64,000 nt of DNA from Chitinophagales bacterium. GTDB lineage: Bacteria > Bacteroidota > Bacteroidia > Chitinophagales > JADIYW01. The first letter of the stretch is position 1, and the number at the start of each line of letters is the position of its first letter. This document shows positions 36,882 through 47,003 of the stretch, piece after piece. The notes under the pieces are model-generated. The model had not been told where the DNA came from. It did not search any database and was given only the letters and a program-made list of their open reading frames with translations. Location: positions 4,886-68,885 of the forward strand of contig DAORIK010000003.1 of NCBI GenBank assembly GCA_035438465.1, read 5' to 3'. A program made the position numbers and the translations under genes.

Positions 36882-37520
36882 ATGGAAATACTGTTATCAA
36901 ACCCAAAAAAACAGGATACATGCATTGCCTCAAAAGTTTTTGAGAAAGCAAGGCATTTGTTTAATACAGTGGGTGTAAGAAATACAACCATGGATGATTT
37001 GGCAAAGGAGCTTGGAATATCTAAAAAAACTTTATACAAAGAAGTAGAAAACAAAGCAGATTTGGTAAAGTTTTGTGTTCAATACGATCTAAATCAAGAT
37101 GAAAAATTAATTAACTCCATTTCAGAAAATACTGAAAATGCTATTGAAGAACTGGTTTTGATTGCAGCACACATCAGTAAAGAATTACAGATTTATCATC
37201 CTTCTATTTTAAAAGATATTACAAAACTATATCCTGAAAGCTGGACATTAATAGAAAATCATAAAGATACTTTTGTTAAGAAAAATATTTCGGACAATAT
37301 TAAAAAAGGAATAAAACAGGGTTTGTACAGAAAAGATGTAAATGCCGAACTCGCCACCATTATCCAATTACACTTATGTTTTCTGCCTTTAGAAAACATT
37401 TATAATAATTACAATCCGACTCAGGTGTACCAGGAAATATTACGGTATAATTTATATGCAATCGCAACACCAAAAGGCATTGAATTATTCGAACAATTAA
37501 TCAAAAAAATAAAATTATAA
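36882..37520 (+). CDS. TetR/AcrR family transcriptional regulator
   Basis: N-terminal HTH (GVRNTTMDDLAKELGISKKTLYKEVENK). First gene of the efflux operon. Confidence 0.85.
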   Translation: MEILLSNPKKQDTCIASKVFEKARHLFNTVGVRNTTMDDLAKELGISKKTLYKEVENKADLVKFCVQYDLNQDEKLINSISENTENAIEELVLIAAHISKELQIYHPSILKDITKLYPESWTLIENHKDTFVKKNISDNIKKGIKQGLYRKDVNAELATIIQLHLCFLPLENIYNNYNPTQVYQEILRYNLYAIATPKGIELFEQLIKKIKL

Positions 37521-37529
37521 CAGACAAGA

Positions 37530-38861
37530 ATGAAACGCCGGATAAACATTTTACTGATTGCTGTAGTTTGCGGACTGTCAGCATTAAACTCACATGCACA
37601 AACTCCTTATACACTTTCACAGTGTGTTGACTATGCTCTGAAGAATCATCGAAGTATTAGAATTGCACAAAATGATGTAGCAGTTGCTTATGCGAGAAAA
37701 AAAGAAGGTCAGTCTGCCTATTTGCCACAGATAAATGGGATTGCAAAATGGGACTATAATATACAATTGCAAAAAACCGCATTACCGGATGAGTTCGCAT
37801 TACCCGGAATACCAAGCGAAGTTGAGTTTGGAAATAAATTTACAACATTGCTGGGTGTACAACTGGATCAGTACTTATACAACAAATCATTTATTGACGG
37901 AATTAAAGCGATAAAACCAAGTTATGAATTAGCAGAGTTGAAAAAAGTAAAAACTGAAGAGGATGTAATTTACAATACCATTGTTGCCTATTATCAAATA
38001 CTATTTATCAACGAGCAGGAAAAATTGTTAAAGCAAAATGAAACTCGACTTACAAAAACGCTTCCTATTATAAAACTGCAATATGATAAAGGTGTTGTTA
38101 AGAAGATAGATCTGGAACGTGTTCAGGTAAACTATAACAATATTATTGCGAATGAAGAAATAGTAAATACAAAAAAAGAACTGGCATTAAATAATTTAAA
38201 ATACAATATGTCTTTGCCGTTAGATTCCGCAATTACTATTGATACGAATTATACCCGTGAGATTATTGATATTAATTCCTTTTCGGACACTTCTTCTATA
38301 CGGAACAAAATTGAGTTGCGTTTATTACGAAAGAATCTCCAATTACAAAATGTACTTCAGAAAAGAACACAAGCAGCTTATTTCCCCGTATTCTCCTTTT
38401 ATGCAAAATACGCAGGACAATCTTTAGGCAATAAGTTTGCGGAATCTTTCAGAAGCTGGTCACCAATTGCAGCACTTGGCTTAAAATTAGAAGTACCAAT
38501 TTTTGATGGTTTAAGAACTAAAAGTGCCCTTCAGCAATCTAAATTAAATATTGAATCTATCAAAGAAAATATAAAAATTACGGAAGATGGATTAAAATTC
38601 CAGTTAAAAAATGCAGGAACACGATATACAAATGCTGTTCAAAACATAGATGTCAATAAATCAAATTTAGAATTGGCAAAAAATATCTTAGAGGTAACAA
38701 CGCTTCAATACCAAAAAGGTGTAATTAGTTATACTGAATTGATTGCTGCAGACTCCGCTTATAAAGAAGCAGAATTAAACTACTTATCTTCCTTTGTAGA
38801 ATTATTAAACGCTAAACTGGAAATAGACAAAGCAAACGGAAATTTAAATAATTACAAATAA
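37530..38861 (+). CDS. TolC family outer membrane efflux protein
   Basis: Signal peptide, a two-fold repeat architecture, and TolC-like helical repeats. Confidence 0.9.
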   Translation: MKRRINILLIAVVCGLSALNSHAQTPYTLSQCVDYALKNHRSIRIAQNDVAVAYARKKEGQSAYLPQINGIAKWDYNIQLQKTALPDEFALPGIPSEVEFGNKFTTLLGVQLDQYLYNKSFIDGIKAIKPSYELAELKKVKTEEDVIYNTIVAYYQILFINEQEKLLKQNETRLTKTLPIIKLQYDKGVVKKIDLERVQVNYNNIIANEEIVNTKKELALNNLKYNMSLPLDSAITIDTNYTREIIDINSFSDTSSIRNKIELRLLRKNLQLQNVLQKRTQAAYFPVFSFYAKYAGQSLGNKFAESFRSWSPIAALGLKLEVPIFDGLRTKSALQQSKLNIESIKENIKITEDGLKFQLKNAGTRYTNAVQNIDVNKSNLELAKNILEVTTLQYQKGVISYTELIAADSAYKEAELNYLSSFVELLNAKLEIDKANGNLNNYK

Positions 38862-38915
38862 TAAATACTCGAACTGCAAACATCAAACGTATTTTAAAAA
38901 AAGAAAACAACCATT

Positions 38916-39974
38916 ATGAAAAATAAAATTATCGTAGGAATCATTGCACTATTACTAATAGGAGGTATGGCATACAAGCTTACTCAAAATAAAAAAGAGA
39001 TTGATAAAAACAGTACACCAAAAGACAGAAGTAATGTGCCTGTTTCAGTAACCACCTTTGATGCAAACTATTTTCCTGTAAGTACTGATTATGCTCTGCC
39101 TGCAGTATTGGACATCAACAAAAGTGGTATCATTACGGCAACTCAACCGGGAAAAATTGCTTATTTAAACGTAGAAATCGGAACTCATGTTTCAAAAGGT
39201 CAATTAATTGGCAAGATTGACTCCAAACAAAGAGAGATTGGCATAAAATCTTCGGAAGCCACAATAAAAAAATTAGAAGCAGATATACAACGTACTAAAG
39301 ATTTAATTGAAGGAGATGCAGCACCTGCAACGGCAATAAACGACCTGAATTACAATCTGGAAACAACAAAAATTCAGAAAGAAAATATGCAACAACAGAT
39401 TGCTGACAATAATATTTATGCGCCAATCAGTGGTATTGTAGTTCAAAAGAATGCCAATGCAGGCGAGTTTGCAAATCCGGGTACACCATTGGCCTCGATT
39501 ATGGATATTTCTGTATTGAAAGCAATAGTGTATGTAAGTGAGAGTAATGTGTATGATTTAAGAATCGGTCAAGCTGCTCAAATTTCTTCATCCGTTTTCC
39601 CTGGGAAACTGACAAAAGGAATTGTAAAATATATTGCACCAAAAGGCGATGAGAATCACAACTATAGAGTAGAAGTGGAAATACCAAACAGCGGCTATAA
39701 AGCAGGCACGTATGTAAATGTAAAATTCAATTTCAAAAAACCTGCGGATGCACTTCAGATTCCGAAAATTGCATTAGTAGAAGGAGTAAAGAATCCATAC
39801 GTATATGTAGTGAATGGGAATTCTATCGCAGTTAGAAAAATTGAAATCGGAGAAGAAATCGGGCAAAATATCGTGGTTAGAAGTGGCTTAACTCCCGGAG
39901 AAAAGGTAGTAACATCCGGTCAGATTAATTTATCTGAGAAAAGCAAAATTCAAATTGTAAATTCTAAAAACTAA
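38916..39974 (+). CDS. efflux RND transporter periplasmic adaptor subunit
   Basis: N-terminal anchor, a lipoyl/hairpin/beta-barrel pattern, and APISGIVV. Confidence 0.9.
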   Translation: MKNKIIVGIIALLLIGGMAYKLTQNKKEIDKNSTPKDRSNVPVSVTTFDANYFPVSTDYALPAVLDINKSGIITATQPGKIAYLNVEIGTHVSKGQLIGKIDSKQREIGIKSSEATIKKLEADIQRTKDLIEGDAAPATAINDLNYNLETTKIQKENMQQQIADNNIYAPISGIVVQKNANAGEFANPGTPLASIMDISVLKAIVYVSESNVYDLRIGQAAQISSSVFPGKLTKGIVKYIAPKGDENHNYRVEVEIPNSGYKAGTYVNVKFNFKKPADALQIPKIALVEGVKNPYVYVVNGNSIAVRKIEIGEEIGQNIVVRSGLTPGEKVVTSGQINLSEKSKIQIVNSKN

Positions 39975-39978
39975 GTCA

Positions 39979-42900
39979 ATGTCTATTACCGAAATTGCGA
40001 TAAAACGTCCGTTACTGATTAGCGTAATCTTTTTTACGTTGATTATATTCGGTTTCCTTGGCTACAGTATGCTTAATTATAATTTACTGCCAAAATTTGA
40101 AGCTCCTATTATATCCATTCAAACAATATATAAAGGTGCCTCCTCTGAAGAAGTACAAAACAACGTTACTAAAAAAATCGAAGATGCCGTTTCTTCCATC
40201 GAAGGGGTAGATGTAGTGTCCTCTTCCTCACAGGAAAATGTATCTATGGTAGTAGTGCAGTTAAAACAAAAAATAAATGCCACTACTGCACAATCAGATG
40301 CAGAACGAAAAATCAATCAAATTAAAAATGACTTACCCGATGGAGTGGATGATCCGGTAATCAGCAAATTCAGCTCGAGTGAAATTCCCGTATTGCGTTT
40401 AACTACTTTTGCAAATATTGGAGAAACCGAATTATATGACCTGGTTAATCAAACTATCAAACCCATTATATCTAATGTGGAAGGTGTTGGTCAGGTACGA
40501 TTAATCGGTGGCAGTGAACGTGAAATAGAAGTAAAAATTGATAATGAAAAACTCCAGGCATACAATCTATCTACTGCACAAGTAACGCAAATGATTGCCA
40601 TAGGAAATATGTCATATCCTGCAGGAAATATTGAAAACGCAGACAATCGTTATACCATCCGTTTAGATGCAAAATTAGCGTCTGTTGATGAGTTAAGAAA
40701 TCTCATTATCAGAGAAAATAAAAACGGAAGTAAAATAAGATTACAGGATGTTGCCAGTGTTACAGATGCTACCGCTATTCCAACCACTATAAACCGTATT
40801 AACGGAAGGGTTGGTCTTGGTGTAGAAATTTCAAAACAATCAGATGCTAATGCCGTAGAAGTAAGCCATCATGTAAAAGCAAAATTAGATACTATCGTAA
40901 AACAATTTGCTTCTAAAGGTTTTCGATATGAAGTGGCCATCGACCAGTCTACATATACTTTAGAGGCAGCCACAGCTGTTACTCATGATTTATTTTTGGC
41001 GGTCTTAATTGTTGCATTTGTAATGTTGATCTTCTTACACAGTTTCAGAAGTTCCATGTTCATTTTAATATCCTTGCCATCTGCAATGATTCCTACTTTT
41101 ATTTTAATGTACTTAATGGGATTTTCACTCAACCTCATGACCTTGCTTGCGCTCTCACTCGTTGTTGGTATTTTGGTGGATGATAGTATCGTTGTACTGG
41201 AAAATATTTTTCGCCACCTGGAAATGGGAAAAGATAAAGTAACTGCTGCTATTGATGGTCGAAGTGAAATCGGATTTACAGCATTAGCCATTACATTAGT
41301 TGACGTAGTGGTGTTTGTGCCGTTAGCAATGGCAGGTGGTTTAATCGGAAATATTTTACGGGAATTTGCACTTGTTGTGGTATTCTCCACTTTAATGAGT
41401 TTATTTGTTTCCTTTACTTTAACGCCGTTAATGGCATCCCGTTGGGGAAAAATCGAGGTATTAAATCCAAACTCTCTCTGGGGAAAAATCAATATCTGGT
41501 TTGAACATCAGATTGAAAAACTAATTCAGTCTTATGGACGTATTTTAAACTGGGCATTAGGACATAAAACAGTTGTCTTAATTGTTGTCTTATCTTTATT
41601 TGGACTTGTCGGATACCTTGGCTTTTCAGGTTTCATAGGCAGTTCATTTGCAGGAAGCGGCGACCGCGGTGAATTTAATTTAATTATGGAATTAGACCCG
41701 CAGGCAACTTTGCAACAAACGAACAGAGTGACCAAACAAATTGAAGATATTATTTTAGAATATCCTGAGGTGACTAAAGTTTTTACAAATGTTGGTTCCG
41801 TAGCAACACAAATGGGAGGTGCTATTCTTTCGCCAAATCAGGCAGATATGACAGTTTCTTTGGTAAATAAGTTAGAAAGAAAACGTTCAACAGATGAAAT
41901 CGGTGCCAGTATTCGTCAGCGTTTAGACAGTATCCCCGGCATTAAGTTTTCCATTAAACCGGCAAGTATTACAGGCGGAAACCAACCGCAGATTCAAATT
42001 GTGGTGATGGGAGCAAATATAGATGAAGTATGGACCTACGCAAAAAAAGTACATGATATCATTAAAAAGACACCCGGTACAGATTATGTAGAATACAGCA
42101 CCAAATCATCTAAAACGGAATTGCAAATTTCTCTCAATAGAGATAAAATTGCTAAGATGGGATTAAATATTCAAACCGTTGGATATGCCATTCAATTAGC
42201 ATTCAGAGGCAACGACCAATCAAAATTCAAAGATAAAGGTGAAGAATACGCCATTAATATCATGTATGATAAAGGCGATAGAAAAGATATAAAGAATCTG
42301 GAAAATACTACGATACAAACTCCAACGGGTGCTACAATCAGGCTTGGTGATGTTGCAACAGTGAGTGAAGTGCAGGGACAATCTGTATTGGAACGTTACA
42401 ATCGTTTAAATTCCGTGCAAATATTAGCATCCTCTGCTGGAAGACCAACAGGAACAGTTACTGCTGATATTAAAGAACAGATTGATAAAGCAGGATTTCC
42501 ATCTTCTATTGCAATTGATTATTTAGGAGAACAAAAAAATCAGGGTGATTCTTTCGGGAGTTTAGGAATTGCTATGGGACTCGGATTTCTGTTAGTCTAT
42601 TTAATCATGGTGGCATTGTATGAAAGTACTTTATATCCGCTGGTAGTATTATTCTCTATTCCTGTTGCTATTATTGGTGCAATGCTGGCATTGGCATTAA
42701 CCATGGAGAGTTTAAGTATTTTCGGTATTATTGGTTTTATTATGTTGATGGGTCTTGTAGCCAAGAATGGTATTTTATTAGTCGACTTTACCAATCACTT
42801 AAAAGCACAGGGATTGCAATTAAAAGAAGCATTAGTAGAAGCAGGAAAAGAACGCTTGCGTCCGATTTTGATGACCACTGTAGCAATGATTTCCGGTATG

Positions 42901-43116
42901 TTGCCAATTGCATTGTCTAACGGACCGGGCTCAGAGTTTAAACGCTCTATGGCCTGGGTAATTGTTGGTGGTTTAACCAGTTCTTTATTATTGACTTTAC
43001 TTGTTGTACCTACAGTATATTATATTTTCGACAGGATAAAAGAAAGAGTTACAGGAGGAAAGAAAAAGAAATCAATTGTTGCAACAGCTGAGCCTGATTT
43101 TACCATTGAAACTTAA
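39979..43116 (+). CDS. efflux RND transporter permease (AcrB/HAE family)
   Basis: 1045 aa with 12 TM helices, two large periplasmic loops, and the conserved VGILVDDSIVVLENI motif. Confidence 0.95.
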   Translation: MSITEIAIKRPLLISVIFFTLIIFGFLGYSMLNYNLLPKFEAPIISIQTIYKGASSEEVQNNVTKKIEDAVSSIEGVDVVSSSSQENVSMVVVQLKQKINATTAQSDAERKINQIKNDLPDGVDDPVISKFSSSEIPVLRLTTFANIGETELYDLVNQTIKPIISNVEGVGQVRLIGGSEREIEVKIDNEKLQAYNLSTAQVTQMIAIGNMSYPAGNIENADNRYTIRLDAKLASVDELRNLIIRENKNGSKIRLQDVASVTDATAIPTTINRINGRVGLGVEISKQSDANAVEVSHHVKAKLDTIVKQFASKGFRYEVAIDQSTYTLEAATAVTHDLFLAVLIVAFVMLIFLHSFRSSMFILISLPSAMIPTFILMYLMGFSLNLMTLLALSLVVGILVDDSIVVLENIFRHLEMGKDKVTAAIDGRSEIGFTALAITLVDVVVFVPLAMAGGLIGNILREFALVVVFSTLMSLFVSFTLTPLMASRWGKIEVLNPNSLWGKINIWFEHQIEKLIQSYGRILNWALGHKTVVLIVVLSLFGLVGYLGFSGFIGSSFAGSGDRGEFNLIMELDPQATLQQTNRVTKQIEDIILEYPEVTKVFTNVGSVATQMGGAILSPNQADMTVSLVNKLERKRSTDEIGASIRQRLDSIPGIKFSIKPASITGGNQPQIQIVVMGANIDEVWTYAKKVHDIIKKTPGTDYVEYSTKSSKTELQISLNRDKIAKMGLNIQTVGYAIQLAFRGNDQSKFKDKGEEYAINIMYDKGDRKDIKNLENTTIQTPTGATIRLGDVATVSEVQGQSVLERYNRLNSVQILASSAGRPTGTVTADIKEQIDKAGFPSSIAIDYLGEQKNQGDSFGSLGIAMGLGFLLVYLIMVALYESTLYPLVVLFSIPVAIIGAMLALALTMESLSIFGIIGFIMLMGLVAKNGILLVDFTNHLKAQGLQLKEALVEAGKERLRPILMTTVAMISGMLPIALSNGPGSEFKRSMAWVIVGGLTSSLLLTLLVVPTVYYIFDRIKERVTGGKKKKSIVATAEPDFTIET

Positions 43117-43165
43117 ATATTTTAATCTACGAGAAATATATTACGAAAAGTATTTAGTTAAAAAT

Positions 43166-43203
43166 AAAAAAGCCATCCGTTAAATAACGGATGGCTTTTT
43201 ATT
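43166..43203. terminator. bidirectional intrinsic terminator
   Basis: AAAAAGCCATCCGTT-AAAT-AACGGATGGCTTTTT. The A-run and T-run flank a 13-bp stem between convergent genes. Confidence 0.8.
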
Positions 43204-43276
43204 ATAGATTATTGTTTATAAAATCTTAACTGTTAAAGTCAAACTTAATTGATATCTGATTACTATAACGAATAAA

Positions 43277-44107
43277 TTATTCCTGAATTTCAATCTCAAA
43301 AATTAAAACAGAATTGGGTGGAATCTTTCCAACTTCTTTATCACCATAGGCTAATCTGCTTGGAATAATTAAGATCCCTTTGTCTCCAATATAAAAATTT
43401 TGTATCCCTTTATCTAAACCTTCTATCACCTGTTTCTTTCCAACGATAAAAGATAATGTCTGATTCCTGTCAAATGAATTATCAAACTCTAATCCATTTA
43501 GTAGTTTGCCTTTATAATGTATCTGTACACTCGAGCTATCTTTTATTAATTTTTCAGTCCCGTGTTGTTTTACTAAAAACCAGTTCCCGTATTCATCTTG
43601 CCTGCATTGGTTTAAATCATTACTTTTTATATAGTCATCAATTGCAAGAGAATCCAGAGCTATTTGTTGTTTATAATGTTTTGCTATTTCATCCTGATAT
43701 ACAATTCTGGTTTTAAAATCCACTAAGCTAAGCCGGAATGTATAAAATCTTTTTTTATTCCCATTGCTGTCTAATAAATTCTCGGGCACCTTTACCAATG
43801 CAGAGTCTCCTTTACCCATCATTGAAAAAATGGCAATCACATCTCCCGGCTTTTCAGGTTTTTTAAAATCCATTTCCACACCGTTTCTGGTATCAAAGAT
43901 TTTAGTATTAAATATCTCTTTATTCTTTGGGGAAAATTTTTTTAGATGCATCCAGATATGATCTCCATAATCAGGCTTTGCTTTAGCAGTATCGTTTGTA
44001 AATACCTTATAATAAACCCCTGACTTTGTTTGTTTCCATTTTTTCTTATTAATAGAGAACAATACTCCGGGAATTAAAAATAATATGATAAAAATAAGCC
44101 GCTTCAT
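43277..44107 (-). CDS. FKBP-type peptidyl-prolyl cis-trans isomerase
   Basis: The C-terminal FKBP domain reads VQIHYKGKLLNGLEFDNSFDRNQTLSFIVG..VIEGLD...IPSRLAYG. There is an N-terminal signal peptide. Confidence 0.85.
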   Translation of the reverse strand: MKRLIFIILFLIPGVLFSINKKKWKQTKSGVYYKVFTNDTAKAKPDYGDHIWMHLKKFSPKNKEIFNTKIFDTRNGVEMDFKKPEKPGDVIAIFSMMGKGDSALVKVPENLLDSNGNKKRFYTFRLSLVDFKTRIVYQDEIAKHYKQQIALDSLAIDDYIKSNDLNQCRQDEYGNWFLVKQHGTEKLIKDSSSVQIHYKGKLLNGLEFDNSFDRNQTLSFIVGKKQVIEGLDKGIQNFYIGDKGILIIPSRLAYGDKEVGKIPPNSVLIFEIEIQE

Positions 44108-44171
44108 TTTGCGTTGTAAGATAAAACATTCATTTTTGTTTTTTATAATGTAATAATATCAAAAGATAGAA

Positions 44172-44624
44172 ATGAAGATTTTAATGGTATGTTTGGGGAA
44201 TATTTGCCGTTCTCCTCTTGCAGAAGGAATTATGAAGCACAAATGCATGCAAAAAAAATTGGATTGGTATATTGACAGTGCCGGCACCGGAAAGTGGCAT
44301 CTTGGATCTGCTCCTGACAAGCGTTCTGTTAGTGTAGCAGCAAAAAATGGAATTGACATTTCAGGGCAACGAGCAAGAAGCGTAAACAGTTCTGACTACG
44401 AAGAATTTGATTTAATTTTTGCAATGGATATTTCTAACCACAAAGACCTCATGCGTTGGGCATTTGATAAAGAAGAAGAAAATAAAATAAAATTAATTAT
44501 GGATGAAGTGTATCCTGATGAAAATATCAGTGTTCCTGACCCCTATTTTGATGACAACGGATTTCAGACTGTTTTTGATATGTTAGATAAAGCCTGCGAT
44601 AAAATCATTGAAAGATATGGGTAA
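44172..44624 (+). CDS. low molecular weight protein-tyrosine phosphatase
   Basis: The CLGNICRS P-loop (CX5R) at the N-terminus and the DPY motif near the C-terminus. Confidence 0.9.
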   Translation: MKILMVCLGNICRSPLAEGIMKHKCMQKKLDWYIDSAGTGKWHLGSAPDKRSVSVAAKNGIDISGQRARSVNSSDYEEFDLIFAMDISNHKDLMRWAFDKEEENKIKLIMDEVYPDENISVPDPYFDDNGFQTVFDMLDKACDKIIERYG

Positions 44625-45954
44625 AATTAAAATTATTTTTTTCGTTTTGTTAAGTGTGCATATTTCTTTTACTGTAGTTGCTCAATCTGAAAGTAATAAC
44701 AGAGAAATGGACATCACCTCGGTTAAATCTACTTTTACATACGGCAATAACATAAATTATACCGGACAGAATGAAATATTACAAGCTGACTTGTACAAAC
44801 CTAATCTCTTTTCAACAAAAATGCCGGTGGTTATACTTTACCACGGTGGTGCATCCGGCGACCGAAATCTGCCCATTTTAAAAAAATTCGCCAATTATTT
44901 TAATGGTGCAAACATTAGTGCGATTTCACCGGATTTCAGACAAGGATGGTATGAATTGGAAACGAAAGGAATTTGTGAGAGTGCCACACCTGAAAAATTT
45001 GAGGATGCTGTTCATCGTGCTTATCAGGATAACAGAGCACTGATACGTTACTGCAAAGAAAATGCTGCAACACTCGGAATTGATTCTAATAAAATATTTC
45101 TATTCGGCATTAGCTCCGGCGGATTTATGGTCATGCATCATTTATACATGAATGATGCGACTGCAAATCCCGATAGAATCAAACGGCTGGGAAGTCTGGA
45201 CTTTCAAAGTAATACTCTTACAAATTCTATTGATGTAGCAGGAATTATCAGCGTTGTTGGCGGGTTTTATTCAAATAATGCATCCATCATAAAAAAATAT
45301 CCGTTGTTGTTATTTAATAACACATGTGATGGCGCAGTAGATTTTTACAACGGCTGGATTGGAAACTGCAGTAACCTTGTTCGCTCTTACGGTCCGGGCA
45401 TTTTTACCAGAATTTTAGAACAGTATGATAATCCTTACAGTTTACATGTATTTTGCGGATACAATCACGGATTTAATACAACTGCAACACCGGAAGGCGG
45501 TGACGAAGATGTGTTAAAATACATAACTGATAAATCATCTGATTTCATTAAAGAAATTGGACAGAATTCTCATATATATTCAACGCATATAGCCAGTGAT
45601 TCTATTACACCTGTTCCTTTATTTGACTGTAACAACTTTGAAACTTTTTACTGGTGTAAGAAAGACAGTGCAGAAATAGGAAACGAATATATTAAAATTA
45701 CACCCAATCCCATCTCCTGTTTATTACAGCCCAAACTAAACATCCGTCATCCTTTAGATGAATTGCTATATATTGAAGTAATTGACGAATCCGGTAAAAT
45801 TATTTCAAAGCAAAAAAGAGAATACAAGACATCACAAAATATTATCTATTTAAATGTAAACGATTTTTCCGCCGGTATAAATATTTTATTAATAAAAGAC
45901 AGTACAGGAAAAGTTTTGTATAAAACAAAAGTCATGCGTTATTGTGAATATTAA
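44617..45954 (+). CDS. alpha/beta hydrolase (esterase) with a T9SS C-terminal sorting domain
   Basis: Signal peptide, HGGA oxyanion region, nucleophile elbow GISSGG, and a ~80-aa C-terminal beta-sandwich tail (ITPNP...IEVIDESGKII...LLIKDSTGKVLYKTKV). I prefer the ATG at 44617, which overlaps the PTP stop. Confidence 0.75.
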   Translation: MGKIKIIFFVLLSVHISFTVVAQSESNNREMDITSVKSTFTYGNNINYTGQNEILQADLYKPNLFSTKMPVVILYHGGASGDRNLPILKKFANYFNGANISAISPDFRQGWYELETKGICESATPEKFEDAVHRAYQDNRALIRYCKENAATLGIDSNKIFLFGISSGGFMVMHHLYMNDATANPDRIKRLGSLDFQSNTLTNSIDVAGIISVVGGFYSNNASIIKKYPLLLFNNTCDGAVDFYNGWIGNCSNLVRSYGPGIFTRILEQYDNPYSLHVFCGYNHGFNTTATPEGGDEDVLKYITDKSSDFIKEIGQNSHIYSTHIASDSITPVPLFDCNNFETFYWCKKDSAEIGNEYIKITPNPISCLLQPKLNIRHPLDELLYIEVIDESGKIISKQKREYKTSQNIIYLNVNDFSAGINILLIKDSTGKVLYKTKVMRYCEY

Positions 45955-45956
45955 AT

Positions 45957-47003
45957 TTACTCAGGAATATATTTTTGCAGTGTGAAACTAAATGTGGTTC
46001 CTTTATCCAATTCACTTCTTACATTAATGGTTTGCTCATGTGCTTCTATAATATTTTTTACGATGGACAGCCCCAAACCTGTTCCATTTATCTTTCTGTT
46101 TCTGCTTTTATCTGCACGGTAGAATCGTTCAAATAAACGCGGAATATGTTCCGGCGAAATTCCGGGACCGTCATCAGAAATCTCTATCAAAAACTGTTCA
46201 TCCAAATCATAAAAATAGATATCGGTATTACCACCTTCTTTACCGTATTTTATTGAATTGGAGATAAGATTTTCTAAAACCTGAGTGATTCTTTTAGGAT
46301 CGGCAAATACAAAAACAGTATTCTCCTCACTGTGTACCTTCAAGGATACTTGCTGCTGTTGTGCAATATGCTGATATTGAAAAAAAACTTTCTTAATTAA
46401 TTTTACCAAATCAAATGCTTCCTTATGCAGTTCAATCCTACCGGTTTCAAACTTAGAAATTTCTAATAAATCTGTTACGATTGTTTCGAGTCGTTCAATA
46501 TTACTGTTTGCTTTCTCTAAATATTGTTTAATAAATTCAGGGTCATCCAAATCACTGTCCAGCACTGTTTCTATATACCCTTGCGCATTAAAAATCGGAG
46601 TCTTTAATTCATGAGAAACATTGCCTACAAATTCTTTTCTATATTGCTCCATCTTGCGCAGTTCGCGAATCTGTTTGTTTTTATTGATTGCCCACTCTGC
46701 TACATCACGTTCAACCGTTTTAATCAGATTGCTGCTGCCTTCTTTTACTTCGCTTTGGAATTTCAGCGGTTTACCTATCGTTTTATAAATAATTTTAATT
46801 TTATTATAAATGAAACGCACTAAAATAAAGCGGAACAAGAAAAATGTAATCGCAAAGATGATGAGCATCGAAATCACATAATCTTTGGGTGGAATGGCAG
46901 TATTAAAAATTAAACTAATACACAAAAAGATGGCAGTAGAAAAAATTGCTACTGCCATGCTTGCATATAATGATATTATATTCGGAGAAGTGGTTCTTCT
47001 CAT
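45957..47003 (-). CDS. sensor histidine kinase (PhoR-like)
   Basis: Two TM helices, H-box SHELKTPI, N-box, and G-boxes DDGPGI and GTGLGLSIV. Confidence 0.9.
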   Translation of the reverse strand: MRRTTSPNIISLYASMAVAIFSTAIFLCISLIFNTAIPPKDYVISMLIIFAITFFLFRFILVRFIYNKIKIIYKTIGKPLKFQSEVKEGSSNLIKTVERDVAEWAINKNKQIRELRKMEQYRKEFVGNVSHELKTPIFNAQGYIETVLDSDLDDPEFIKQYLEKANSNIERLETIVTDLLEISKFETGRIELHKEAFDLVKLIKKVFFQYQHIAQQQQVSLKVHSEENTVFVFADPKRITQVLENLISNSIKYGKEGGNTDIYFYDLDEQFLIEISDDGPGISPEHIPRLFERFYRADKSRNRKINGTGLGLSIVKNIIEAHEQTINVRSELDKGTTFSFTLQKYIPE

